From: an uncultured Bacteroidales bacterium
GTDB taxonomy: Bacteria > Bacteroidota > Bacteroidia > Bacteroidales > VadinHA17
Length of the DNA: 64,000 bases
Direction: 5' to 3'
NCBI GenBank assembly: GCA_963829255.1
Contig: CAWHIG010000016.1
Coordinates: 10,145 to 74,144, forward strand
Positions 15,397 to 26,238 of the stretch are shown here, in pieces (position 1 is the first letter of the stretch; the number at the start of each line of letters is the position of its first letter). Made by a program: the position numbers and the translations under genes. Under the pieces are notes generated by a model, which was not told the origin of the DNA, did not search any database, and saw only the letters and a list, made by a program, of their open reading frames with translations.

Positions 15397-18300
15397 TTAT
15401 ATCCTCACACCCAGAATTGTAACATCGTCAATCTGATCTGCAGAGCCTTTCCATGTTTCGAACTCACTCTCCAGTATTCTATGTTGTTCAGCCATAGGCC
15501 TGTAGTAGATCTCCGTAATAAGTTTCTTCAGGTTATATTTCATGTATTTGGACATATATGGTCCGCCAAACTGATCAGCGAATCCATCTGTAAATATGTA
15601 GATTGTATCTCCTTTTTGTACATTGATCTCGTAATTAGTGAAAGTATCCTTTTCACCATAGTAAATACCTATTGGCATCCTGTCGCCTCTGTATTCCTTG
15701 AACTCTCCTCCCTGGAAAATGAAGAGCGTATTATAAGCTCCGGAAAATTCAAGTATTTTCCTGTCCTTATGCAGGATGCAAAAGGCTACATCCATACCAT
15801 CATTGGCTTCTCCCTCTTTGCCGGTCTGGTGCATAGACGTTTTAATCTTTTCACGCAACAGATTTAATACAGTATTTGCTTTAAGGTTTTCATTATTGGT
15901 GATTACCTCATCTAATGTTGATATCCCAAGCGTACTCATAAAGGCACCCGGAACGCCATGACCGGTACAATCGGCAACCGTAAAGTAAATATGTTTTTCA
16001 TCTTCACCGATCCAGTAGAAATCACCGCTTACAATATCACGGGGTTTAAATATTATAAAATATTCCGAAAATGAATCCCTGAAATGTTCAGACTCCGGAA
16101 GCATCGCCATCTGTATCCTGCTTGCATATTCAATACTTGAAGTAATCTCCTGTTTTTGAGCCTCAATTTCGGTAGTGCGCTCTTTTACCCTGGTCTCCAA
16201 TATCCGTTTGTCTTTTTTAAGCTGCCTTTCCCTGAATCTGATAACTCCTATTATTACAACCAGTATGGCACACACAACAACTATGTAAAAAAAGGTCGTT
16301 TGTGTAAAAGGCGCTTCAATAGCAAATCCAACCCTTTTGGGTTCACTTATGTTCCCCCATATATCTTTCGCCCTTACCTGAAGTATATATTTACCAGGCT
16401 TTATCATCAGGGTTATCGTATTGTCGTATGACCACTTTGACCATTCCGTCATAACCTTGTCAACAATATATTGATATTGAGTCGAATTCTTCTTAAGATA
16501 TCCAGGAGCTACCAGATCAAAATATACAGTATTATCTCCGCTTCCGAATACTATATCGGAAAAGCTGAAATTAATCCCTTTTGCATTGGAGATACTTCTG
16601 ATGAACAGGTTTATGTCTGTTTTTACGGAAGGAATTTTGTTGCGGACAATTCTGTAAAGCAGATTGTCTCCGCTGATAACCCAGATATTGTCTTTATCGG
16701 TATATATTGAATTAAGATTATCAAAAATTTTAAGAAGTGCCTTATCATTATAGTCAATTCTGCCTGCAGAACTGATATTGATCCATTCGTCTTCGGTCTT
16801 AACCCATGGAATTTCCTGCTGCGATAACACATATTTTATCCTTGCACTGTTATTTGAAAATTCCTTTCTGTATTCTTTAAAGGAATCAAGATTACTGTCA
16901 TAATAACTGACACCTGATAATGTAAAAGCAAATATCGTATCGTTAACATATTCAACTATATACCTCTGTGGCAAATTACTAATACTATACACTTTGGTAT
17001 TCCCGGAAAAGATTCCGTTTTCAAGACTTATTCTGAACAGGATATCATCGCTCCCTGCCCAGATAGTATTCTCATCCGTTGATACTATTGAATAGAGTGG
17101 ATGTGTAAATGTTTTATCGGGATAAACTGCCACCCAACCATTCTTATTATCATGTGTGATATAAAAGTAACCGTCTGTCGTGGCCACATAGTACTTGTTA
17201 TCCCTTGATTTTGAACTAATGTTATTAATATACCTGTTACTTACAACAGCTTTGGCAACGTGGCCTGAAATAATATAAAGGCCTCTGTTTGTTGAAGCAA
17301 GAATATCATTTCCGGCAGAGATCATCTGCTTACATTTTTCATTCAGTCCATCAATTTTGGTATATACATAATTAATTGATTTGAGTCTGCCGGCTACCTT
17401 TTTGAAATATTTTGGTTCCGGTAACCTGATTGCCGGAGGAGTAATTATTTGCACTGGTTGTTCCTGAACAACCGGTGCCACCGGCTTCTTTCCAAATATT
17501 CTGGATAAAATACCTTTCCTTGTTTTCTGTGGCTCCGGAGTTACCTGTTGAACTGGCTTGTTCTGGATTACCGGCTGGATTGGCTTTTCAACTACTTCTT
17601 CATTTTTTACAAGTACCTCTACCTGAGCATATTTTTTAACTTCTTTCAGATAAAACACTCCCTCACTCGTTGCTACATATAATTCATTATTATGCCAGAG
17701 TGAGGCAATGAGGTTGCCCTTCAGTCCCGGATAAATGCTGAAATTGCCGACCGGTAATCGCAAATCTGCACGCGTAAGCCCATACTGATGGGAAAACCAC
17801 AGACCATAATTGTTATCACATCCCCAGTGCAAAAATTTCATCATCGGGTAATCCATTTATATAATTGATCGCATATTTTAGTTTCCCGTTCTGCTTTTCA
17901 ACAACCAGAGCTCCTCCATCAAGAGTTGAAAATGCATATAGACTGTCAGATATTAATAACCCGTCCGACAGAATATTTTGCCGGAGATAACCTTCATCCT
18001 TTATAGGGTAATCATAGAATTTTATCCCGTCAAAAAGAGAAAGTTCTCCATTGCTTTTTCCTAAAAGTACAAGATTCTTGTTATAGGGAAGACTGAAAAG
18101 GATCTCCTCATTTTCAAGCATATAACCAGTAACAATAGGGAACAAGGTATCACTTTCAAGCCTGTAGAGTCCTTTTGACAGAGACATTTATGAAGGTATT
18201 TTTAGGAGTAATAAACATCCCCGTGAAAGGTCTGTTTCCTTTCGGTCTGAGTCGTAATTCAAACTTTTCTGACTTTAAATTATGCCTGCTGATACTTTGT

Positions 18301-18707
18301 TCCCCGTAAAAATAAACAGTTGAATCAGTAAGAATTATTCTGGATATCAGTCCTACTGAGGATGAATCGCCTGAAATAGAATAGTATCTGTAAATACCCA
18401 TCTCATCCCTGGCCAGATATCCGTAATTGTTATCACCACCGACATATACTTTTCTATCCAGAGGGCTGTATTTAAGTGAATAAGGAATTGTAGGCATCGG
18501 AATAAAATTCCAGCCCTGGCCGTCAAAAGTGAGAATACCACGCCGGTTGGCAAACAGCATTACATTGTTATCATCCTGACAGATAGCCCAGCTCGGATTT
18601 TCTATCTCAATGCTTTCCTTAAAATTAGTTAGCAAAGGTGCGCCTTGCTGAGCCCCAAGAGCATAAACAATAAGTAAAAAAGAAACCAGTAAAAGTGCCT
18701 TTTTCAT
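15397..18707 (-). pseudogene. Periplasmic beta-propeller/Y_Y_Y sensor fused to a cytoplasmic SpoIIE (PP2C) phosphatase; split by two frame shifts
   Basis: Three consecutive ORFs: 18156..18707 (signal peptide), 17816..18187 and 15397..17856. They contain propeller-like repeats, a Y_Y_Y-like segment (KPGKYILQVRAKDIWGNIS), one TM helix, a coiled coil and SpoIIE motifs (SGDFYW, ADCTGHGVPGAFMS). The breaks sit in a T4 run (18183-18186) and a C4 run (17823-17826). Confidence 0.8.
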
Positions 18708-18802
18708 GCGTATCGATTCTCAGATTGATCAGCCTCTTTTCTGAAGTTAAAAGTATAAGAAAAAATTCAGAAACTAACAAGTCCGAAGCAGGAATTCTGA
18801 AG

Positions 18803-18967
18803 AAGGTTAAGGTAAAGGGTAAGGTTAAGGTTAAGGTTAAGGTTAAGGTTAAGGTTAAGGTTAAGGTTAAGGTTGATTGTTACCATGCTTGTAGCTCATA
18901 GGTTTCTGATTTCTATACGATACTGATTACTGATTACTGATTACTGATTACTGATTACTGATTACTG
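18803..18967. repeat. Two tandem arrays: AAGGTT hexamer x about 11 (18803-18875) and TACTGAT/CTGATTA heptamer x about 6 (18921-18967)
   Basis: Read directly. The heptamer array overlaps the stop codon of the oxidoreductase gene at 18962. Confidence 0.9.
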
Positions 18968-20077
18968 TCTGCCATCAAAGCCTGGTTCCGGTTTCAATGG
19001 AAATTTAACAGGCAAGTTATCACGGGTGGAACGGTAGATCGCAGAGAAAAGTTCTACCGTTCTGCGACCATCTTCTCCTGTTACTGCAGGGTCAGTCCCA
19101 TTCCCGATTGAACCGAGAAAGTCTTCAATCTGGAATTGCATATACCTGACAGAAGGATCGCAATTATTAAAAGTCTCAGTATCCTGCATTATCCATTGCT
19201 GTAAAAGATTTTCCTCGCCCGGGATTGTCCACAGATCATTTACCGGAGGTTCAGCAACACCTGTCCTTCCTGCAATGAACATTGCCCCGCCATCGGTTTG
19301 CACTCCAACAGATGCACCATTTTCACCATGCACATGTACCTTTCCGTAAAGACCAGGTTTCTGAGAGTTACTTACAAGTATATTTCCTAGAGCACCACTT
19401 TTAAATTTCACAATAGCTAAAGCCGTATCATCCACCTCTATGTAAGGGTGATTCAGGTTCCTCCAGATACCGTACACTTCATCAATTTCCCCCATATACC
19501 ATAAAAGTATATCCAGCTGGTGGGGTGACTGGTTTACAAGAACCCCGCCTCCTTCTGTTTTCCATTTTCCCCTCCACTCATCAGAGTCATAGTAAGCCTT
19601 ATCGCGCCAGCCAAGCAAGGTAACAATTGCAAGAACCGGTTTCCCGATCTTTCCTTGTTCAATGGCCTGTTTAACCCGGATTACTGGCTCGTACCATCTG
19701 CGTTGACTTATTACGCCTAACCTGACATTTTTTTCTCTGCAGGTTTTTATGATTTCATCGCACTCCTGAAGTTTCGAGGCAAGTGGTTTTTCAACAAGTA
19801 CATTAGCACCTGCTATAGCAGCTTCAGTTGCAGGTTGCATATGGTAGGGATGAGCAGTACAGACAATTACAAGGTCAGATTTATTGTCTTTTACCATCTC
19901 TGATATATCCGAGTACGCCTTTGTATTGTAGGCAGCGGCAAAATCTTTTGCCTTCCGGAAAGTTCGGTTCCAAACCCCTGCCAGCCTGGCATTTGTAATA
20001 CCCTGAATTGCTTTTGCATGCAGATGGGCTACCTTACTGCATCCTGCAATCGAAATGCTATAAATCTTTTCAGCCAT
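18962..20077 (-). CDS. Gfo/Idh/MocA family oxidoreductase
   Basis: 371-aa ORF with an N-terminal Rossmann segment (ISIAGCSKVAHLHAKAI) and EKPLA motif, followed by the C-terminal alpha/beta domain typical of the family. Confidence 0.85.
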   Translation of the reverse strand: MAEKIYSISIAGCSKVAHLHAKAIQGITNARLAGVWNRTFRKAKDFAAAYNTKAYSDISEMVKDNKSDLVIVCTAHPYHMQPATEAAIAGANVLVEKPLASKLQECDEIIKTCREKNVRLGVISQRRWYEPVIRVKQAIEQGKIGKPVLAIVTLLGWRDKAYYDSDEWRGKWKTEGGGVLVNQSPHQLDILLWYMGEIDEVYGIWRNLNHPYIEVDDTALAIVKFKSGALGNILVSNSQKPGLYGKVHVHGENGASVGVQTDGGAMFIAGRTGVAEPPVNDLWTIPGEENLLQQWIMQDTETFNNCDPSVRYMQFQIEDFLGSIGNGTDPAVTGEDGRRTVELFSAIYRSTRDNLPVKFPLKPEPGFDGRQ

Positions 20078-20187
20078 TTATCAAAACTATGGTGCAAGTA
20101 TAATGTTATTCAGAATTTCTTCACACGCCATGGCGGTGCCTGATCAGGAATTAATTACCTATAGACGACGATCTGGAGATATACAAT

Positions 20188-20484
20188 CTATTTAACCTCC
20201 TCTTTCGCTACACTGATTATTTTGATTTTAGCCGGTTCTGCAACCAGATCACTGATTTTAGGTCCAAAAGCCTTAAAATAATCGCTGGCAAAATGGGCAT
20301 CAACTGCAGCCTGATTCTTATATTCTTCAACAAAAACAAACTTTGTGTTGTCATAGGGATCCTGATAAAGCTGATAAGATTTGCAGCCAGCTTCTTTATT
20401 TGACTTTTCTATTATCTCCTTAGCAGCGTCAGTAAAAGCTTTAACCTTGTCTGGTTTCACGGTTAACTTCGCTACAATCATCAT
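20188..20484 (-). CDS. ABM (antibiotic biosynthesis monooxygenase-like) domain protein; probably longer, with a signal peptide starting at 20614
   Basis: 98-aa ORF with ferredoxin-like ABM fold sequence (VAKLTVKPDK...YKNQAAVDAHFASDYFK). The upstream frame stays open and an ATG at 20614 encodes MKAKLLI... in a neighbouring frame (see findings). Confidence 0.7.
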   Translation of the reverse strand: MMIVAKLTVKPDKVKAFTDAAKEIIEKSNKEAGCKSYQLYQDPYDNTKFVFVEEYKNQAAVDAHFASDYFKAFGPKISDLVAEPAKIKIISVAKEEVK

Positions 20485-20625
20485 TCCATAAACTGAAGCA
20501 GTAGTTTGTGTTAAATTAGAAGTACTCTTTGAGTTTTCTCCTGCTTTTTTACTCCCATAGGTACTTGAGAATAATGCAAGGACTGAATAAAAGAATTAAT
20601 AATTTTGCTTTCATGATTTTACTTT

Positions 20626-21699
20626 TTATTTATTAATATCAAGGTGTATTTCGCTTACTGATTTAATTGCCCTGTCGGAGAAAAAATCTGATGCAGCAAA
20701 AATTCTGAAGTGACCTCCGTCTTCATCAGCCTTTGTTTTGATAAGCATAAATTCCTGCTGATCATTCCGGTTGAATAGTTCAGAATACGAAACCGCACTC
20801 CTGTAACCATCTATACCAGCGATACAGATCATACCCGATTTCAGATTCTCCGTTGTGACAGGATAATACTTCAGAAGGAGTTCTTTAAGCAGGATCCCGG
20901 CAAACGGCGTAGTACTGTGAATGCCTTTCCCCCTGCCATAAAAAACTGTGTTAAAAGTAACATTGGCGAGATTTTCCGGAAGAGTCTCTATTTGCTCAAC
21001 CTTTTTTGAAGAACTGAAAATATCTATCCGTGATGAATACATCGGCGACATTCCCTGCTGAACAGTAAATGAGTGTGGGTATGACTTAACCGTAATTTTT
21101 GCAGGCGAAGAGATATTTCTTTCAGTTACAAGATCACTTGCTGCCACAATTTTGCTTTCAACAGGCAGCGGCCACAGCTCCTTTGTCTTTGATGGCACTA
21201 TTCGTGACACACTGCTGGCAATCAATATCTTATGCAGATCATTCGGATAATATATTTCACCCCAGCTAAAGACTACTTTTTCCCCTTTATCATTTTCGAT
21301 TTCTACATACAAGTCTATAATGGGTTTGAATTCACTGATGTTTGCCTTTTTAAGTATCCTGTTATCAAGAATATCGAATAATGAATACCCATCATATCTG
21401 TAAGCACCAATAAACCTGTCACCACCGGCACTGTCGAGTAATGTCTCCTTGACAATGACTGAACGAACAGGCAGATTTGTAAAATCGACCTTGCCCGGAT
21501 TAGCTATTTCACCATCAATGAACAATTCTTTTACCGGAAGCGGATAGACTTCAGTGTTATCATAAAAATTATTGGTCATATCAGAGGTATCAATAGATTG
21601 ATTTAAAGGATTTTTTTCATTGCCCACGAGTTGTTTTGGTCGATTTGTACAGGAAATCAAACTTAGTAAAAATAAGAGCAGATAGGAAAGTTTTTTCAT
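20626..21699 (-). CDS. Lipoprotein of unknown function with two internally similar domains
   Basis: 357-aa ORF with a lipobox (LLSLISC). The two halves resemble each other, and loosely resemble molybdopterin-oxidoreductase-fold domains. That similarity is a memory-based impression only. Confidence 0.55.
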   Translation of the reverse strand: MKKLSYLLLFLLSLISCTNRPKQLVGNEKNPLNQSIDTSDMTNNFYDNTEVYPLPVKELFIDGEIANPGKVDFTNLPVRSVIVKETLLDSAGGDRFIGAYRYDGYSLFDILDNRILKKANISEFKPIIDLYVEIENDKGEKVVFSWGEIYYPNDLHKILIASSVSRIVPSKTKELWPLPVESKIVAASDLVTERNISSPAKITVKSYPHSFTVQQGMSPMYSSRIDIFSSSKKVEQIETLPENLANVTFNTVFYGRGKGIHSTTPFAGILLKELLLKYYPVTTENLKSGMICIAGIDGYRSAVSYSELFNRNDQQEFMLIKTKADEDGGHFRIFAASDFFSDRAIKSVSEIHLDINK

Positions 21700-22071
21700 G
21701 ACGATTCGGTTATTTTTATATACTATAAGTTAATGATCTTCTATGTTATTGAGTTATGCCTTTACACTATGGAGCCCTGCTACATCAATATACAATACAA
21801 TGTATGCCGATTACAAAAGTAATTCTTCCGGACAATTCTATAGTGATTTTTATCAGGGTTCGGTAAGTTACTTATTTGATTTTGAGTATTCCATGGTCAC
21901 TGTAATTTTTGGTTTTGTGATTATTTTTCAGTATTTTTAGACTGTATTTTACAGGGAAGTCATTATTGAAAAATATTTTACGATTTCGATACATCCGAAA
22001 GTTTAATTTTTGTAAATGAATTATCTAATTTCTTATTTTAAGAAACAGATGCATCAATATTGCTTTAAAAT

Positions 22072-23340
22072 ATGATTATTAAATTAGCTTATGGCAAAAC
22101 AGGATATGAAATCGAATTATCCGATAATTATAATATAGACATTATTGAACCTCGTTGGGTTGAAAGTGTAAATGATCAGAGCTCGTCAATAACAAAAGCT
22201 CTCAGAAATCCGCATAAAAGTAAACCATTAAAAGATGTACTGGTATCCGATGATAAAGTTGCCATAATATTCAGCGATATTACCAGGGCAACACCATATA
22301 AGATTATTATACCCGCCTTATTAAATGAATTACGAAATATATCAGATGAGAATATTTGTTTTTTTTGTGCAAATGGAACTCATAGACCAGCAACTAATGA
22401 AGAATTGGTTAAGATTCTTGGGAAAACTATCGTAAATAGTTACAAAATTGTTCAAAACAATGCGAACGATGCAGATTTGCATCAATATGTTGGCACCACT
22501 ACTTCAGGAAACAAGATTTTTTTAAATAAGGAAATTCTTAAGTGCAATATAAAAATTCTTACCGGTTTTATTGAACCGCATTTTTTTGCGGGTTTTTCGG
22601 GTGGAGGAAAAGCATTAATTCCTGGAATGGCATATGTGAATACGATTAAATATAACCATTCTATCTCACATTTGTCACATGAAAATGTAAACTGGGGTAT
22701 TACTTACGGAAATCCTCTATGGGAAGAAATTATGGAAGCCGCAGAGTTTGTTCCTGGATTGTTTTTATTAAATATTGCCTTAAATAGAAATAAAGATATC
22801 ACCAATGTATTCGCAGGCGAATTACGAACAGCTCATATGGCTGGATGTCAATTTGTAAAAGAATCTGCAATGGCCGCTGTAGATAATCTTTATGATATAG
22901 TGATAACAAGTAATTCGGGTTATCCGTTGGATCTGAATATCTATCAAACCGTAAAGGGAATGAGCGCAGCTGCTCAGATTGTAAAAGAAGGGGGACATAT
23001 CATTATGGCAGCAGAATGCTGGGATGGAATTCCAAATAACAGTGACTATGAAACGATTTTAACCTCAGTAAATAGTGTAAATGATCTGATGAAGTTTATT
23101 AAAGAGAATGAAAGTACATTAAAAGATACATGGCAGATCTATTTTCAGGCGCTGATTCAACTGAAAGCAAGTGTGTATTTATTTAGTGATAAGATTGATA
23201 ATGAAACTATTAAAAGAGCCCTCTTCAAACCTGTAAATAATATCGGCCATCTTATTAACGACCTGGTTGGAAAGATAGGACCACAGGCTAAAATTTGTGT
23301 TTTACCAGAAGGCCCTCAGACAATTCCCTATATAAAGTAA
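22072..23340 (+). CDS. LarA-family (nickel-pincer dependent) 2-hydroxyacid racemase/epimerase homolog
   Basis: 422-aa ORF. LarA signature positions are present: SDITRATP, NGTHRPAT, EPHFFAGFSGGGKALIPG and a following NH. Confidence 0.8.
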   Translation: MIIKLAYGKTGYEIELSDNYNIDIIEPRWVESVNDQSSSITKALRNPHKSKPLKDVLVSDDKVAIIFSDITRATPYKIIIPALLNELRNISDENICFFCANGTHRPATNEELVKILGKTIVNSYKIVQNNANDADLHQYVGTTTSGNKIFLNKEILKCNIKILTGFIEPHFFAGFSGGGKALIPGMAYVNTIKYNHSISHLSHENVNWGITYGNPLWEEIMEAAEFVPGLFLLNIALNRNKDITNVFAGELRTAHMAGCQFVKESAMAAVDNLYDIVITSNSGYPLDLNIYQTVKGMSAAAQIVKEGGHIIMAAECWDGIPNNSDYETILTSVNSVNDLMKFIKENESTLKDTWQIYFQALIQLKASVYLFSDKIDNETIKRALFKPVNNIGHLINDLVGKIGPQAKICVLPEGPQTIPYIK

Positions 23341-23353
23341 AAGCAAACATCGC

Positions 23354-24670
23354 TCAATTATCGATTAGAGCAACCATTAAATCCATTACATTGGTTTGTG
23401 TTGGTCCTGTTATGATTAATCCACCGGTCTTTTTAAAATAGTTGTAACTGTCACAATTATTGATGTATTGTTCAATATCCAAATGGAGATTTGATGAGTT
23501 CCCCGCGGTTAAGGAATCAACAACAGCGCCAGTTGCATCAGTAGGTCCATCGCTCCCGTCAGTTCCTCCGGCTAAGAAAGTGATCCCGGGTAAATCTTTT
23601 AATAAACTGGCAATAATTAGTGCCAGATGCTGATTTCTTCCACCCAGCCCATTTCCTTTTACCTTAACTGTAGGTTCTCCTGCAAATAATAGACAAATCT
23701 TTTTGCAGGATATTTCTTTTTTGGCTTTGACGGCAGTTTCAACAATGTATCTGGCCACATCACCGACATCACCATCAAGCTTGTTTGTTATAACACGAGA
23801 TTCAAAACCTAATGACTCTGCCTTCTTTTTTGCTGTTTTGAGTGCTAAACTATTATTCCCGATTATTAAATTATTTGTACGAAGTAATATTTCATCCGAT
23901 TCCTTAAGTGTTTCCTGCCGTCTATTTTCAAATCCTTCCTGTAATACCCGATAGATCTTTTCAGGTATTTCTTTTTCAATTTTGTAGTTTCTGAGGATTG
24001 AGATGGCATCTGCAAAAGTTGTCGGATCTGCTGTTGTAGGTCCTGATGCAATTACATCAAGAGGATCGCCGATAACATCAGAAAGGATTAAACTTATAAC
24101 TGTTGCCGGAGATGCGGCTTTGGCTAAAAGTCCTCCTTTCACTTTGGATAAATGCTTCCTGATACAATTCATTTCGGTAATATTTGCACCCGTTCTTAAC
24201 AAAATACTACTTACTGTTTTCAGATCATCAAGAGTACATCCATCGGGAACATCTGCCAGAAGAGCAGAACCTCCTCCTGAGATCAGACAAATCACAAGAT
24301 CGTCTATTTCTGCTTTATGAACAATTGACATTATCTGTTCCGTTCCTTTAGTTCCATTTTCATCTGGCACGGGATGCCCTGCTTCGGTTATAGTAATAAA
24401 TTCTAAAGGCACCGAATGATTATATTTTGTAATTATATGTCCTGAAGTAATTCGGGTCTTCAGAATGGATTCTATAGCCTGAGCCATTGCAGCACTAGCT
24501 TTTCCAGCTCCAACAACATAAATATTCTTAACGGCAGAAAGATCGAACCCGATTTTTTCAATCTGAAGTTTATTTTGATTAATTGAAACAAATCGTTTAA
24601 TCAGACTATAGGGTTTTACACTTTCTACACCTGCTAAAAAAATTTCGATGGCAATCTCTCTGCGATCCAT
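23354..24670 (-). CDS. Glycerate 2-kinase (DUF4147 + MOFRL family)
   Basis: The ORF runs 23354..24721. The likely start is the Met at 24670 (MDRREIAIEIFLAG). Family motifs include VVGAGKAS, SGGGSALL and GGTDGSDGPTDA. Confidence 0.8.
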   Translation of the reverse strand: MDRREIAIEIFLAGVESVKPYSLIKRFVSINQNKLQIEKIGFDLSAVKNIYVVGAGKASAAMAQAIESILKTRITSGHIITKYNHSVPLEFITITEAGHPVPDENGTKGTEQIMSIVHKAEIDDLVICLISGGGSALLADVPDGCTLDDLKTVSSILLRTGANITEMNCIRKHLSKVKGGLLAKAASPATVISLILSDVIGDPLDVIASGPTTADPTTFADAISILRNYKIEKEIPEKIYRVLQEGFENRRQETLKESDEILLRTNNLIIGNNSLALKTAKKKAESLGFESRVITNKLDGDVGDVARYIVETAVKAKKEISCKKICLLFAGEPTVKVKGNGLGGRNQHLALIIASLLKDLPGITFLAGGTDGSDGPTDATGAVVDSLTAGNSSNLHLDIEQYINNCDSYNYFKKTGGLIITGPTQTNVMDLMVALIDN

Positions 24671-24739
24671 TTTTAAAATATCAATAATTAATAACCCCTT
24701 AAGTATCGGGCTATAGCACATGAACGTGAGCGAAAAAAT

Positions 24740-25972
24740 TTAAGTAAAAAAGAGATAAGCGACAAATATTGCTGTTGTAAATCCCGCAAGATCAGCAAGC
24801 AAGCCGCATCCTATCGAGTATCTCGTATTTTTAATACCCACCGAACCAAAATAAACAGCTACAATATAAAAAGTTGTATCGGTGGTTCCCTGCATCGTGC
24901 ATGACAATTTTCCAATGAATGAATCGGCTCCGAAAGTCTGCATAGCATCGATCATAAGACCCCGGGCGCCACTTCCTGATAGTGGTTTCATAAATGCAAC
25001 AGGCAGAGCTCCTGTGAACTGAGTATCTACCCCCATCCATGCAAAGAACTTTGCTATACCGGCGATAATGAAATCCATCGCACCGGAGGCTCTGAAAATT
25101 CCGATTGCAACAAGAATAGCTACAAGAAAAGGTATAATCCTGATAGCAGTGTTAAAACCTTCTTTGGCTCCCTCAATAAATGCATCATAAACATTCACCT
25201 TTTTACTGAATGCAAGAACGATAAAAAGAATAATAATCGACATGAGGATAAAATTTGCCGCAAAAGTCGAAATAGTTGATATTTGTTCTTTGGGTAGCCT
25301 GCTGAAATAAAATATTATACCGATGATTATTGCAGTCAGTCCGCCCAGGTAAGCGAGAATTACTTTATCGAAAAGATTGATTTTCTGAATTATAGCGACA
25401 CTGATCATGCCTGTAAGCGACGCAGCAAAAGTTGAAATCAGTATTGGAATAAATATATCAGCCGGGTTTACCGCTCCCAGCTGAGTCCTGTAAACAATAA
25501 TGCTTACCGGAATTATAGTGAGACCTGCTGCATTTATGACAAGAAACATAATCTGAGCATTGGAAGCAGTCTCCTTAATGGGATTGACTTCCTGCATCTC
25601 TTTCATTGCCTTAAGGCCTAATGGTGTAGCTGCATTATCAAGTCCAAGCATATTTGCTGAAATATTAAGCATTATGGATCCATAAGCCGGATGACCTTTT
25701 GGCAGCCCGGGAAAAAGTTTTTCAAAAAGTGGACCCATGAATCTGCCAAGGATTGCAACCACCCCACCTTTCTCTCCCACCTTTAAAAGCCCCATCCAAA
25801 GCGTAAGAGCACCGGTCAATCCAAGTGATATCTCAAAGCCGGTTTTTGCATTTGAAAAAACCGAGTTAACCAAATCATTGAATATCTGCGTATTACCTGC
25901 AAAGATCAACTGACCCAGAGCAACGAGGAACCCTATAATAAAAAATGCAATCCATATGTAATTTAATGCCAT
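24740..25972 (-). CDS. Nucleoside-recognition (Gate) domain membrane protein, SpmA/SpmB-like fusion
   Basis: Polytopic membrane ORF. The likely start is the Met at 25972 (MALNYIWIAFF). The 46 codons upstream in the ORF track are a translation of the tandem repeat at 26074-26136. Confidence 0.75.
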   Translation of the reverse strand: MALNYIWIAFFIIGFLVALGQLIFAGNTQIFNDLVNSVFSNAKTGFEISLGLTGALTLWMGLLKVGEKGGVVAILGRFMGPLFEKLFPGLPKGHPAYGSIMLNISANMLGLDNAATPLGLKAMKEMQEVNPIKETASNAQIMFLVINAAGLTIIPVSIIVYRTQLGAVNPADIFIPILISTFAASLTGMISVAIIQKINLFDKVILAYLGGLTAIIIGIIFYFSRLPKEQISTISTFAANFILMSIIILFIVLAFSKKVNVYDAFIEGAKEGFNTAIRIIPFLVAILVAIGIFRASGAMDFIIAGIAKFFAWMGVDTQFTGALPVAFMKPLSGSGARGLMIDAMQTFGADSFIGKLSCTMQGTTDTTFYIVAVYFGSVGIKNTRYSIGCGLLADLAGFTTAIFVAYLFFT

Positions 25973-26073
25973 ACCAATAGTTTGGGATGCTAAGATAATT
26001 ATTAGGAAAGACAAAAGGTGAGCCTGGGAGTTAAATCTTTCACGGTTGAAAGGATCTCTGGACATAATAGAGT

Positions 26074-26167
26074 GAGGTGCGAGGTGCAAGGTGCTAGGTG
26101 CTAGGTGCAAGGTGCTAGGTGCTAGGTGCTAGGTACTATCCTGCAACCTGCAACCTGCACCCTGCAC
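26074..26167. repeat. Tandem heptamer arrays (G/A/T)AGGTGC x9 followed by CCTGCA(A/C) x4 in roughly inverted orientation
   Basis: gaggtgc gaggtgc aaggtgc taggtgc ... taggtac (26074-26136), then cctgcaa cctgcaa cctgcac cctgcac (26140-26167). Confidence 0.9.
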
Positions 26168-26238
26168 CATTCTTTAAAGCCGAAACAATAGATTTTTCAA
26201 ATTTTTTGGTACATTTGTCTATACAAACCCTAAAAACT

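Noticed and set aside
18695-18901. 68-aa ORF ending in KVKVKGKVKVKVKVKVKVKVKV
   Set aside because: It is a translation of the AAGGTT hexamer array. It has no start context and no protein-like composition outside the repeat.
25973-26238. N-terminal extensions of ORFs 24740..26110 and 26119..26913
   Set aside because: The extra codons (MHLAPSTLHLAPH..., MLGARYYPATCNLHPAPF...) are translations of the heptamer arrays. Internal Met codons at 25972 and 26239 give family-typical N-termini.
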